A stretch of DNA of 64,000 nt from the NCBI GenBank assembly GCA_009103225.1, contig RHPI01002048.1, positions 237,702 to 301,701 of the forward strand, given 5' to 3'. The first letter of the stretch is position 1, and each line of letters begins with the position of its first letter. The DNA is from Chlorokybus atmophyticus. Taxonomy: Eukaryota; Plantae; Mesostigma and Chlorokybus algae. The translations under genes were made by a program, and so were the position numbers. Under the pieces are notes generated by a model, which saw only the letters and a list, made by a program, of their open reading frames with translations, searched no databases and was not told the DNA's origin. This document shows positions 12,276 through 21,651 of the stretch, piece after piece.

Positions 12276-15200
12276 CTAGCGCAAGTGAGGAGGGCCGTTG
12301 GTACGGCAGTCGTCGCACCAATATTCTTCCATAGGTATCGTGTCCAAAGGTGGCTCCAGGCAGTAGCAATGCAGGCCTTTGTTGCCATCGCAGAGCATCA
12401 TGAGTGCGTCGTCGCCGGCGCTGCCGCAGTGTTCACAGCGTGTGCTGCGCGCCGGACGAGGGTGCTGGATACGCCCGAAGCCGGCTACGTAAGGGAGGTG
12501 ACATGGCGCACAGTTCACCATGTTGTCCTTCGACCTTTCTCCGTTTTGACTAAGGAGGTCCAGCACCCCTGTGGGGTACACTTTGAGTACCTTGTAGACG
12601 GTGCGGCCTACGGAGGTGTCAAGCGTGTCTTTGGTGGCTGCCATGCGATAGGCAAAGTCCCCCGCTTGGAATCGCCGTTGGCGCTCCTTGTAAAAGCCGC
12701 TGCGTACGCGCTCGTAGCGCAGCGTGTCGCGATGCTGCGCGATGCGCAGATTGTTGAAGGCCATGGGGACGGTGCGCTCGAAAAGTGCGGCGCGCGTGGT
12801 GATGTCGTGGTGCATCCAGTCAGGGTCGTCGAGGTTGTTCACGACGCGATCCACCTCCTGTTGCGCACGGAAGGGGAGCAATGGTGGTCGCCCAAACAAC
12901 AGGTAGTACGGGCTGTACTCCCGCAGAGCTGCCTGTTTTGACAACCGATACCCAAGGGCCACCCATGGTAGGTGGTCATCCCAAGTGTCCTTCTTGTACT
13001 CCAACACGTATTTGCGGAGTGCCTTCTTGATGGTCTGTACCGTCCGCTCGGCGAGGCCGTCGGCTTGAGGGTGATCACGCGAGGTACGGCGGTGGTCGAT
13101 GTAACATTTGTCCAAGAGGGTGTCGAATTCCCCTCTGAACTCAGTACCTTGGTCGGTGATGACCTCGGCGCAGCTGCCAAAGCGGCTGAGAACGTGAGAG
13201 AGGAAGGCTTGAGACACCCCCCTGCTGCTCTTGTCGGGTAATGGCACCAGCTCCACCCATTTGGAGAAGTGCTCAATCATGACCAGGATGTAACGGTTGC
13301 CACGTGCTGAGGGTGCCAAGTCCCCCAAGATGTCGAGTCCCCATCGGTAAAAGAGACCGGAGATGGGGAGTGGGTGCAAGGTGGCGCTACGCGTGTTGAG
13401 GCTGGCACGCACCATGTCACACTGCTGGCAGTGGCTGACGAACCTTTGCACCTGTTTTGTTAATCCATACCACCAATATTGTGCTCTCACTAGACTGACC
13501 GTGCGCTTGACACCAAAGTGTCCAAGCTCAGTGTGGAGGGAAGTGATGATGTCCTCGCGTGTGACTGGTGTCGGCACTTCCTTGTCTTCGTCGTGGAAGC
13601 GGCGATACAGCTTGTCACCTGCCCATCGATAGTGACGGGTGCGTTGATTGACCCGGTCCTTCTCTCGAGCGCTCATGCCAGAGGGGAGATGGCCACGTTG
13701 AAGAAAGGAGAGTGATGGCTTGTCGTGCCATATGTCCTGCCTGGTGTCAGTGGACGCCAGCTCTGTGTCATCGACGTCAATGTCGGCTGCGTGGGCGTCT
13801 CCCAAGGGTGTGATTGCCGCAGGGTCGGTAGACTCAAGGGCAGGGTTCTCCTCTACCACTGCTGAGGTTGTGGTGTTGGTGTTGCGCCCTGAGCGCAACG
13901 CGGCAGCAGCAAACATGGCTGCCATGGTGGGAGCTGTTGCTGCAGGGATGAGCTCATGCCGCGCTCCAGTTGCGTCGTTGGTGCTGAGGTGGGGGTTGCG
14001 ACTGAGGCCATCGGCGTCTTGGTTGGTGAGGCCAGCGCGGTGGTCAATCTCGAAGTCGTATTCCTGTAACAGCAGGGCCCATCGAGCAAGTTTCCCTGTC
14101 AGATGTTGGTTGGTCATCAGCCACTTGAGGGGCTGATAATCGGTGATCAGTTGGAACTGTCGACCAAAGAGGAAAGGTCGGAAGAAGGAGATGGCCCACA
14201 CTGCAGCGAGGCATTCCCCTTTATAGCTGCTGTAGTTGGCCTCGGCGCTGTTGTTGCTTCGGCTGGCGTATGCCACCACCCGCTCCTTCTTGTGCTCATC
14301 GTGCTGCACCAGCACCGCTCCCATCCCCAGCTTGCTCCAGTCGGTGTGAAGGATGAAAGGCTTGGCGTAGTCCGGACGTTGAAGGATGGGAGCGCTGGTG
14401 AGTCTGCTCTTCAGCTCCTCGAAGGCCTGCTGTTGCGGCTCCTTCCACGCGAACTCCACCTCCTTTTTCAGTAGCTCGTTGAGGGGCCTTGCGATCTTCG
14501 CGAAGTCCTTCACGAATCGGCGATAATAGTTGGCAAGTCCCAAGAAAGCGCGCAGGCGCGTGAGGTCTGTCGGGGCAGGGATAGCTGCCAGAGCCTCTAC
14601 TTTTGCCTGCTGCACATACACACCATGGGGCACAATCATGTGCCCTAAGTACGGCACCTTGTGGGTGAAGAAGGTACACTTGTCGGGGTGTACGGTCATC
14701 CCCACTCCCTTGAGTCGTTCCAGCACCGCTTCGATGTGCTGAAGATGCTCCTCGTTGCTGCGGCTGAAGATGAGGATGTCATCGATGTAGCACCGCGCGC
14801 AGTCCAACCCCTTCAAGGCTTTGTCCATGACGCGTTGAAACTTGGCGGGGGCATTCTTCAGCCCGAACGGCATTACCTTCCATTGGTACAACTGTCGGTT
14901 GCCCCAGAAGGAGGTCTTGTGCTTGTCCTCATTCTTGATGGCGATCTGGTTGTACCCCTGACGCATGTCCAGGATGCTGAAGACTGTGCAGTCTCCCACA
15001 TCATCAAAAATACCCTCTGCTGTGGGCATGGGGTACCGGTCTTGCTTGGTCTTGTTGTTGAGGGGACGATAGTCGCCACACATGCGTCGCTCTGTCCAGT
15101 TGCCTGCTAAATCCTTCTTCAGGGGCATGACGGTTGCTGCTGCGAAGTCCGATGTGGACTCTTCGATAAGGCCTGCATCCAGCAGCGCCTTACATCTCTG

Positions 15201-16982
15201 TTCCACCAAGTCTTCTTCCAACTTGGAGAGCCTGTATTGTCGCCGAAACACCGGCTCAGTGTCCACTAGCTCGATGTCCATCTGGTACACCGAACATGTA
15301 CCCAATTCCTTCACATTGAAGCTGAATTGGCTCCTCCGTATATTGAGGAGAGCCTCCAGCTTCTCTCGAGTGTCTTCCGTGGCCAACGGGCCAATGGCAT
15401 GGTCCCAGGAGGTTGCATTGGCAACCACAGGAATGTCCTCCACTGTCACTGCCGCTTGCTCCTCCATGTGGACCACCTCGAGAGCTGTGTGAGCTGCCTT
15501 GGTGTCGACGCGATCAGCCCACCCCCCAGCCAAGTGTTCGAGATCCTCGAAGGACACGTGGCGGTCCGGCAACGCGAAGCTCAGCTCCAGCAGCCATACC
15601 ATGCTGTTCTGGTCCATGTCGCGACCAAGCAGCTGGCATTGCTGATTGTCCGTCAGCGATGAACCTGTGATGCTGTTGGGGAAGAAGCCCATGGCGCGTT
15701 CACGTTCGCGTGCGTTGGGTTCTTCCAACGTGTTGGTGGTCGCATCAAATACCATCCCGTCACCACCGTTCCGAAATGCGTCGGAGCCCGGGTAGGACAC
15801 CAATGTGGGGAGTGCGCGACGGGGCTGACCGGGCTGGTTGCACTGGTAGAAGTGGTTGTGGTCATGATGCAGGACAGGTTGTGATGTGCGGCCGGGGTCA
15901 AGGATGTCGTCGACCAGCAGGTTGCGCGGCCGAGCGCTACGCGTGTATTCGGCGGTCATGAGCTCCTCCACGGTGGCCAAGTTTGTCCATTTGGCACGTA
16001 CACGATGTGCGCGCGAGCCATGTCGTGCCGCGTTCACCTTGAGTGGGTGCCCCAGAATCGAGCAAACTTGTCGGTAGCTGGAGGTCACGTGCGGACGCTT
16101 GTCGTCCTCTGAATGCACATTTTTGATGACGTACCCCAGGGGTCTGGAGATCTGGTGGTGTTGAAGGAGGTGGATGATCCTCATCAGCTCCCAGAACAAG
16201 CTGGAGCGAGGGTTGTCGAGGCCTTGTCCCTTGCCTGCCCTGGAGTGCCCTTGGCATTCCCATCCAGCTATTAACAGGTCGACATTGCCGAGGGACAGTA
16301 GGTGATCTTCAGTGATCAGCCGGACGTCCTGTGGCAATGCTTTGAGGCTGCCTTGCAACGCCGAGAGGGGTAGTTGACGTGGATACCTGGTGTGCAGTTG
16401 GCGTAAGTGGTGCTTGAGGACCGTTTGCGCGTGTGGGTCTGGGTCGCAGTAATAGTATTTGGTAACCTTCACGCCCGTGTTGAGGACCGCAGCAAGACCA
16501 CTGCCAATGCCTCCAAACAGCTCCAACACTGTGATGCCCTGTTGCCTACGAATGGTGTGGAATTCCACCACTCCGGTGGCCACCATATGGTGGTCCTGCA
16601 CCTTGACGTGGCTTCGGTAGTTGGGGAAGCGCGTGGTGATCAGTGGGTGGCTGAGCAAGATGTGTGCGTCCACATGTGCGCGCCAGCGCCGTTCAGCTGG
16701 GTCTTGTAATGCTACTTCCACGGTGGCATCCTCCTGCTCCTCGTTGTACGGGATGGGAGAGGGGTCGCCGGTTTGACACGGGGTTGTGGCACCAGCAACA
16801 ACTTGCGTCCGAGCACCGTCGTATATGGCCATTACAGCCTTCCGGGTGCGGGCGTGTCTGCGTGTGGCCATGGCAGCCATTTTGCGTTGGGCGCGCGTGC
16901 GCGAGACCAACTCGAGAGGCAGGAAGCCCTGTACCTCTCCGTCATCCTCATCCCAATGTGGCCGGAACCACGCTCGTTCTGT
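12276..16982 (-). CDS. Pol portion: C5-MTase - reverse transcriptase - RNase H - DDE integrase - PHD finger
   Basis: RT: FSILDMRQGYNQI, MPFGLKNAPAKFQ, YIDD (~14778-14789). RNase H: LHTDWS, ECLAAVWA. Integrase: HHCC (LHTELGH...CQQC), WGLD, TDQGTEF, GLAER. C-terminal PHD. In frame with the upstream ORF across a single TGA at 16983-16985. Confidence 0.92.
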   Translation of the reverse strand, partial: TERAWFRPHWDEDDGEVQGFLPLELVSRTRAQRKMAAMATRRHARTRKAVMAIYDGARTQVVAGATTPCQTGDPSPIPYNEEQEDATVEVALQDPAERRWRAHVDAHILLSHPLITTRFPNYRSHVKVQDHHMVATGVVEFHTIRRQQGITVLELFGGIGSGLAAVLNTGVKVTKYYYCDPDPHAQTVLKHHLRQLHTRYPRQLPLSALQGSLKALPQDVRLITEDHLLSLGNVDLLIAGWECQGHSRAGKGQGLDNPRSSLFWELMRIIHLLQHHQISRPLGYVIKNVHSEDDKRPHVTSSYRQVCSILGHPLKVNAARHGSRAHRVRAKWTNLATVEELMTAEYTRSARPRNLLVDDILDPGRTSQPVLHHDHNHFYQCNQPGQPRRALPTLVSYPGSDAFRNGGDGMVFDATTNTLEEPNARERERAMGFFPNSITGSSLTDNQQCQLLGRDMDQNSMVWLLELSFALPDRHVSFEDLEHLAGGWADRVDTKAAHTALEVVHMEEQAAVTVEDIPVVANATSWDHAIGPLATEDTREKLEALLNIRRSQFSFNVKELGTCSVYQMDIELVDTEPVFRRQYRLSKLEEDLVEQRCKALLDAGLIEESTSDFAAATVMPLKKDLAGNWTERRMCGDYRPLNNKTKQDRYPMPTAEGIFDDVGDCTVFSILDMRQGYNQIAIKNEDKHKTSFWGNRQLYQWKVMPFGLKNAPAKFQRVMDKALKGLDCARCYIDDILIFSRSNEEHLQHIEAVLERLKGVGMTVHPDKCTFFTHKVPYLGHMIVPHGVYVQQAKVEALAAIPAPTDLTRLRAFLGLANYYRRFVKDFAKIARPLNELLKKEVEFAWKEPQQQAFEELKSRLTSAPILQRPDYAKPFILHTDWSKLGMGAVLVQHDEHKKERVVAYASRSNNSAEANYSSYKGECLAAVWAISFFRPFLFGRQFQLITDYQPLKWLMTNQHLTGKLARWALLLQEYDFEIDHRAGLTNQDADGLSRNPHLSTNDATGARHELIPAATAPTMAAMFAAAALRSGRNTNTTTSAVVEENPALESTDPAAITPLGDAHAADIDVDDTELASTDTRQDIWHDKPSLSFLQRGHLPSGMSAREKDRVNQRTRHYRWAGDKLYRRFHDEDKEVPTPVTREDIITSLHTELGHFGVKRTVSLVRAQYWWYGLTKQVQRFVSHCQQCDMVRASLNTRSATLHPLPISGLFYRWGLDILGDLAPSARGNRYILVMIEHFSKWVELVPLPDKSSRGVSQAFLSHVLSRFGSCAEVITDQGTEFRGEFDTLLDKCYIDHRRTSRDHPQADGLAERTVQTIKKALRKYVLEYKKDTWDDHLPWVALGYRLSKQAALREYSPYYLLFGRPPLLPFRAQQEVDRVVNNLDDPDWMHHDITTRAALFERTVPMAFNNLRIAQHRDTLRYERVRSGFYKERQRRFQAGDFAYRMAATKDTLDTSVGRTVYKVLKVYPTGVLDLLSQNGERSKDNMVNCAPCHLPYVAGFGRIQHPRPARSTRCEHCGSAGDDALMMLCDGNKGLHCYCLEPPLDTIPMEEYWCDDCRTNGPPHLR
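12293..12437 (-). other. PHD finger at the integrase C-terminus (one Cys apparently lost)
   Basis: CEHCGSAGDDALMMLCDG-NKGLHCYCLEPPLDTIPMEEYWCDDC fits the C4HC3 pattern except for the fourth Cys. Confidence 0.85.
15590..16535 (-). other. C5 cytosine DNA methyltransferase domain (DNMT3-like motif style) inside the polyprotein
   Basis: Motif I VLELFGGIG; motif IV DLLIAGWECQGHSRAG with the catalytic Cys kept; LDNPRSSLFWE; motif VI VIKNV (ENV expected); motif VIII AHRVRAKWTN; motif IX ERERAMGF; motif X QLLGRDMD. Confidence 0.9.
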
Positions 16983-19649
16983 TCAGCAGTCGAGGCCTAT
17001 GCCCACAGGGAAGTTGAAATCCTGCCCAAGCAGAAAGTCGAAGGAGCCGGCATTGGTGACCACGCATTGCTGGACGATCTCGGTCGTGTGGGTTGGGTCC
17101 AGCCCTGTCAACCGAATGCAAAAGGCCTCCCTGGTGACTCCCATCACCTTATCCCGGCTACCTGTGGCAGTGTCCAACACGTACGGGCAAGGCACCAAGT
17201 CGGAACTGGTTATGCCTAGGGACCGCGCGAGGAAGCGCCCGATGATGACAGGCTGTTCTCCGGTGTTCAACATTACCCGCTTGGGTGCCAGACCGTTGAT
17301 GGTAACGTGCTTGCCTTGGTTGGCCACTATGGCAGCGTTGGCGTCGATACGCAACCTCTTCATACGAGGTGTCTGTTCCTCTGACTCAGTTGTCTCAGCT
17401 GGAGATGCTGAGCGCATGGCAGCCAGAGCTCCTCTGCCTGCTGGATCCGGAGAACCCTCTCCTTGCCCTCTCCCTCTGCCGAACCGACCTTGTCGAGGTG
17501 GTTGGTAGACACGGGGGGGCCTCGGTGCTGGAGGTTCCGGCGCCGGTTGTGGTGGCGGCGCAGGTGGATGACGCCTCTGCGAAGCTGGAATCATGCCCGC
17601 GGGCGTACCCAGTGGCTGTGGAGGGAACCCCGGCGGACCCGGTGTTTGTGGGCCTGCCTCGCGTTCAGCTTGCTCCGCGGCGTACGTCCATCGCACAGCA
17701 TGAGCCGCTTCTCTGACCAATGTCCCTTCCCACGTGGCCGTGGGCTCGGTGTCCGTGTCGGTCCAATGACGATATTGAGGCATGGGCTGCAGGTATACGG
17801 CGCGTAGTAGCTGTCGCCGCATGTCGTGAGTAATGGTGGGGACTCGTAAGATCCCTGCCATGTAGGCATCCCACCTTCTTTGTACCACTCCCACATCGAG
17901 CACAGTCATGGCGCGAGCACGTAGGGTGCGCTGGAGGTCAGTCTGCTGTGCGTGTAGCTCATGAGCAATGGCGATGCGCCGCCGTTGCCGTGCGGCTTCC
18001 ACCCCTGGCAGCCGAAGCATTGCCTCTTGCACTCCCTCCAACGTGTCCGGGGCTGTGGTGGCAGCCTCGTCGTATGCTTGTCGCAGCGAGCGAACGAATG
18101 CCCCCAACCATGATGCTCGGTTGCCAAAGGCAAACAGGGGGACAGCAGGGTGATTGGCAACGAGCCATGTCACGAGACGAGCTCGAGCGGCGCTGCCCTC
18201 TTGCATCCCCATCATCTGTCTTAATGTGTTGCCCTCAGGCCTGTGCAACATGACTGCTTGCCGGATGAGTGCGGTACGGAGTTGTTGCTCCCCCACCATA
18301 CCAGCTCCTCCTCGTTGTGTGGTGTCCCCTTGCGGGGTGAGGTACCCTCGCCCTGCATCGCGTTGATCCTCAGGCATGTCTTCGACCAAAGGAGGCAGCA
18401 ACGGGGCGATTACTCCCCTCAATTGTTGCGCCAACGCCCTCGCTTGGTCTGCAACAGTTGCGTGTCCCGGCTGCTCGATGGCGATCGCCGTGGAGTGTGC
18501 TGTGGTCGGCGCCGTGGAGGCGCTGGTAACATGTGTTGGCGCTACGGTTGGTACGATAACGGCGTGTGCTGCTTCGTACGCTTGTCGGCGCGCGTCCACT
18601 TGGGCAGCTTGGTCCATGCGATACCGATGGGCCTGTTCGAGTGCAGAGAAACGCTCTTGACGACTACCTGGAGTGAGCCCCCGGAGAGCGGGATCAGCGC
18701 CCAGCGCGATGTCAGACATCGTGACCACGAGGTCTTGCAGTTTGTGTCGCTGGAGGCTGAGTGGGTCCAGTGGTGAAGGCTCGAAGTCGATCTGTTGAGC
18801 GGGCATGGGCTGTCGCGATTGACTGGGTGCGCCCTGCAACCGTGCGTGTAATGCCAGGAATAACTGGATGGCCAGTTCCAACACCGCAGGTCGGCGATAG
18901 GTGACCCCGAACAGACGATCCCTCATCTCTGGTGCAGTGCCGGCGAGGATTTCATCCTCCAGCTGCTGTTGTGTGGGTTCCGGCAGCGTGTGGTATTCTG
19001 GCGGTGGTAGGGGCAAGATGCGATCATCGCGTGCCACGCGCGTGGTGCGTTGCCCCCCTGGTCCGTACGCAATAGTGGTGGGCTCTTCGTTGCGTAGAAT
19101 CGACGCCCAGGCGCGTTCCGCTTGCGGCTCGCGTGGCACTTGCTGTGTGACGTCTAATGCTGGTGGCGGTGCCGTCCGGCCCTCATGAAGTGGTGCGGTG
19201 GGTAGGGCAGCACTACTTGAGGCGATGGTGGTGGCACCTGCCGCAGTCGTCGTCACTGAAGTGGCGGCTGTGAGGGTGGCAGCAGTTGCGGTTGATGTGG
19301 TCGCTCCGATGGAGGCTGGAGTGGTGGATTCACCACTTACGAACCCAACGACCATGGTTGCTGCGGCGTGGGTGCTCTCTATCACCGGGAACAGCGTGGT
19401 GCCACGAGTGCTGACACCTGCTGTCGTGGTCGGTGTGGACGCCGACGGTGTCATCAACGGCGTCGTCCCAGCGGTGGTTGTGGCTGCCGAGGCCGCACCA
19501 CTTGTGGCGTCCGACGATGCCGCTGTTGACGACGCGCCAGCTTCCCTGCGCGCCCGTCTGGATGTTTGTACGCGTGACGGCGTGGGAGTGTCCCTATCCC
19601 GTTTCGGTGCCATCAATGCCCACCTAGCAGCATAGCAGGCTTGATAGTC
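16983..19649 (-). CDS. Middle part of the polyprotein: low-complexity + unknown helical region + aspartic protease
   Basis: 877-aa ORF ending in VMLNTGEQPVII (DTG reads NTG)...FDFLLGQDF. Same frame as gag (after TAG at 19650-19652) and pol (after TGA at 16983-16985). Confidence 0.8.
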   Translation of the reverse strand, partial: DYQACYAARWALMAPKRDRDTPTPSRVQTSRRARREAGASSTAASSDATSGAASAATTTAGTTPLMTPSASTPTTTAGVSTRGTTLFPVIESTHAAATMVVGFVSGESTTPASIGATTSTATAATLTAATSVTTTAAGATTIASSSAALPTAPLHEGRTAPPPALDVTQQVPREPQAERAWASILRNEEPTTIAYGPGGQRTTRVARDDRILPLPPPEYHTLPEPTQQQLEDEILAGTAPEMRDRLFGVTYRRPAVLELAIQLFLALHARLQGAPSQSRQPMPAQQIDFEPSPLDPLSLQRHKLQDLVVTMSDIALGADPALRGLTPGSRQERFSALEQAHRYRMDQAAQVDARRQAYEAAHAVIVPTVAPTHVTSASTAPTTAHSTAIAIEQPGHATVADQARALAQQLRGVIAPLLPPLVEDMPEDQRDAGRGYLTPQGDTTQRGGAGMVGEQQLRTALIRQAVMLHRPEGNTLRQMMGMQEGSAARARLVTWLVANHPAVPLFAFGNRASWLGAFVRSLRQAYDEAATTAPDTLEGVQEAMLRLPGVEAARQRRRIAIAHELHAQQTDLQRTLRARAMTVLDVGVVQRRWDAYMAGILRVPTITHDMRRQLLRAVYLQPMPQYRHWTDTDTEPTATWEGTLVREAAHAVRWTYAAEQAEREAGPQTPGPPGFPPQPLGTPAGMIPASQRRHPPAPPPQPAPEPPAPRPPRVYQPPRQGRFGRGRGQGEGSPDPAGRGALAAMRSASPAETTESEEQTPRMKRLRIDANAAIVANQGKHVTINGLAPKRVMLNTGEQPVIIGRFLARSLGITSSDLVPCPYVLDTATGSRDKVMGVTREAFCIRLTGLDPTHTTEIVQQCVVTNAGSFDFLLGQDFNFPVGIGLDC

Positions 19650-21427
19650 CTACTCCTTGTTTTCCTCCAGCTGTGCCACGCGCGCCATCAGGGCTGCCAC
19701 TTGGTCGATAGCCGGTGGATTGGTTGGTGCATTTACGGCAGCAGCTCCAGCGCGAGGACGTCCCTCAAGTCCTTTGTGCTGTGGAGGGCGGTTTTTCCCT
19801 CTATAGCCAGCTTCTTCCTTGCGGCCGCCAGCGTTGTTGTTGTTGTTGGGGTTGTGGCCACCAGCGTTCTTGCCGTTGTTGCGACCACCAGCGTTGTTGC
19901 TGTTGTTGTGGCCGCCAGCGTGGTTGCTGTTGTTGTAGCCCCCGTTGTTGTTGTGGTTGTTGTGGCCGCGGTAGCCAACAGCGTTGTTGCTGTTGTTGTA
20001 GCCAATAGGGGGCCGCAGCTCAGGGAACTTGAGCCAGCATACTGTCTCCAAGTGTCCCGTCTTGTGGCAGTGGTCGCACACAAGGTTGCCGTAATCTTCG
20101 GTGCACTCCTTTTGGTAGTGGCCATGTCGACCACACCGGTGGCACAGCACTGGAGCCACAAGGGCAGCATGAGCTGACCGTTCATCCTTGTAATAGATGC
20201 CTTGCGACGCCCGGCTGCGGTCCCGCCGAAAAGGCTCTGCACTTGTGCCTGCCATAGGCCGTGAGGCACTGCGGTTGGTGTCCAGCACCGCTTTCTCATA
20301 CACTGCGCGCTTATGGATGGCTTGTGCAGTCTCGAAAGCTTCCTTGAGGGTGTAGCCAAGGGGCCTGCTGTAGTTCAGAGTCAGGCGTGTCGACTCGCTC
20401 AGAGCAGCATCCACCTCATTGATGTATATCACTGCAGCAGCCTCCTTACTGACAATCCTGTAGTCAGTGTCCTTCAGCAGACCTTCCAGTCTGGAGTACA
20501 AGCGGAGGGGATCCTCATTGGGCTTGCGTCGGAAGCGTCTCAGCTCCTCAACCTTGCTGGTGGTCTGAGGAGGGAAGGTGCGGCGCAGGGCAGAGTACAG
20601 GTCCTTGAGTGGCGAATCAGAGATGGCAGCACCTACGGAGATGGCTGGTGCGCGCAGTGCTACTGACCCGAGGGTGAAGGTACTGCCTCCTGCACGAGAG
20701 CCAGGTGTTGCCGGAGGTAGAGGAGTACCCCACTCTGCGGCTGCCGCTTGCTGTGCAGCTCTTTGTTCCTCAATGATGACGGCAGAACGGTCAAGGATGC
20801 GGACTCGACGTGTGGCCTCCTTGGACTCAACTTGTGCAGGGGTCAAGTTGACAAGTACCAACTCCGGTTCCTCCTCCTCTGCCTGCTTGAGAGCTGCAGC
20901 TATGGACAAGCCTGTTACTGCAACTGAAGTGGCAGGTGGAACGACACCTGTTGGACGGTGCAGCGATGCAGATGCTATGGTGCTGGCAAGCTCGCCATAG
21001 CCGTCTACTCGATGCAGTTCAGCAACGGACTTCCAGACATCGTGTGCTTCATAATCAAGATACTGAGCAGCAATGTGGAAAGAGATCTCATCTGACCAGT
21101 CTTTGTTCTTCAGAGCTTGCTGCCGCATCTTGGAGTGGAACTTGATGATGAATCACCCAGCGAGGTGGTGCCGGCACGTCCGGAGAAGCGCAGGGATGTG
21201 GTTGAACTGAAAGACTCCATCTCGTTGTCGTCGCTGTCCGATGATAGTGGAGAAGCTTGATGACGAGGAGTAGAGTGGAGCGGGGTGAAGCTGGAGATGG
21301 AGCGCGAGCCTCTGCTGCTGCGGTCGATGCTCCCGTCACTGGTCCGCTCGTAGGTGAGGTTGGTGGTTGGGCTCCAACTGCTGAGGTCACCCTCGTCTAT
21401 TGGGGAGAACGGGGTGGGCCTGCTCAT
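19650..21427 (-). CDS. Gag with two CCHC-type zinc knuckles; apparent 1-bp frameshift near 21150
   Basis: ELRRFRRKPNEDPLRLYSRL, CHRCGRHGHYQKEC, CDHCHKTGHLETVC. The upstream ORF 21427-21110 (...RFSGRAGTTSLGD) joins FIIKFHSKMRQQ if one T is restored. Confidence 0.8.
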
Positions 21428-21626
21428 ACAGCTGGTGCGATGGTGAAAGTGGATGAAGGGTAGAGTGTTTGTGTTCTACAATGGGATCTCCAGTGCTGCT
21501 ATCACCCAACACACTAGCGCTTGTGCGCGCTATGCGATGACGGTGACAACACTGCACTGTGATGTGTGCAACTACAGATTGCGATGCTGATGTACAGCTT
21601 GCAACTACACTCACTTGAGCAAAGAG

Positions 21627-21641
21627 GGTGACACTGTAAGT
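21627..21641 (-). other. Candidate self-priming primer-binding site
   Basis: The 15 nt ACTTACAGTGTCACC (minus strand) lie at the inner edge of A1 and are the exact complement of 21932-21918 within A1. Confidence 0.7.
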
Positions 21642-21651
21642 CAACAAGCCA

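Noticed and set aside
12171-20700. Plus-strand ORFs (12171-12941, 14661-15110, 16786-17508, 19198-19635, 19641-20177 and others)
   Set aside because: Antisense shadows of the GC-rich polyprotein; no recognisable motifs.
21640-21651. TGGCTTGTTGAC as a tRNA primer-binding site
   Set aside because: It starts with TGG, but I cannot match it to a tRNA 3' end, it also occurs right after the PPT, and the self-complementary site explains priming better. A tRNA search was not run.
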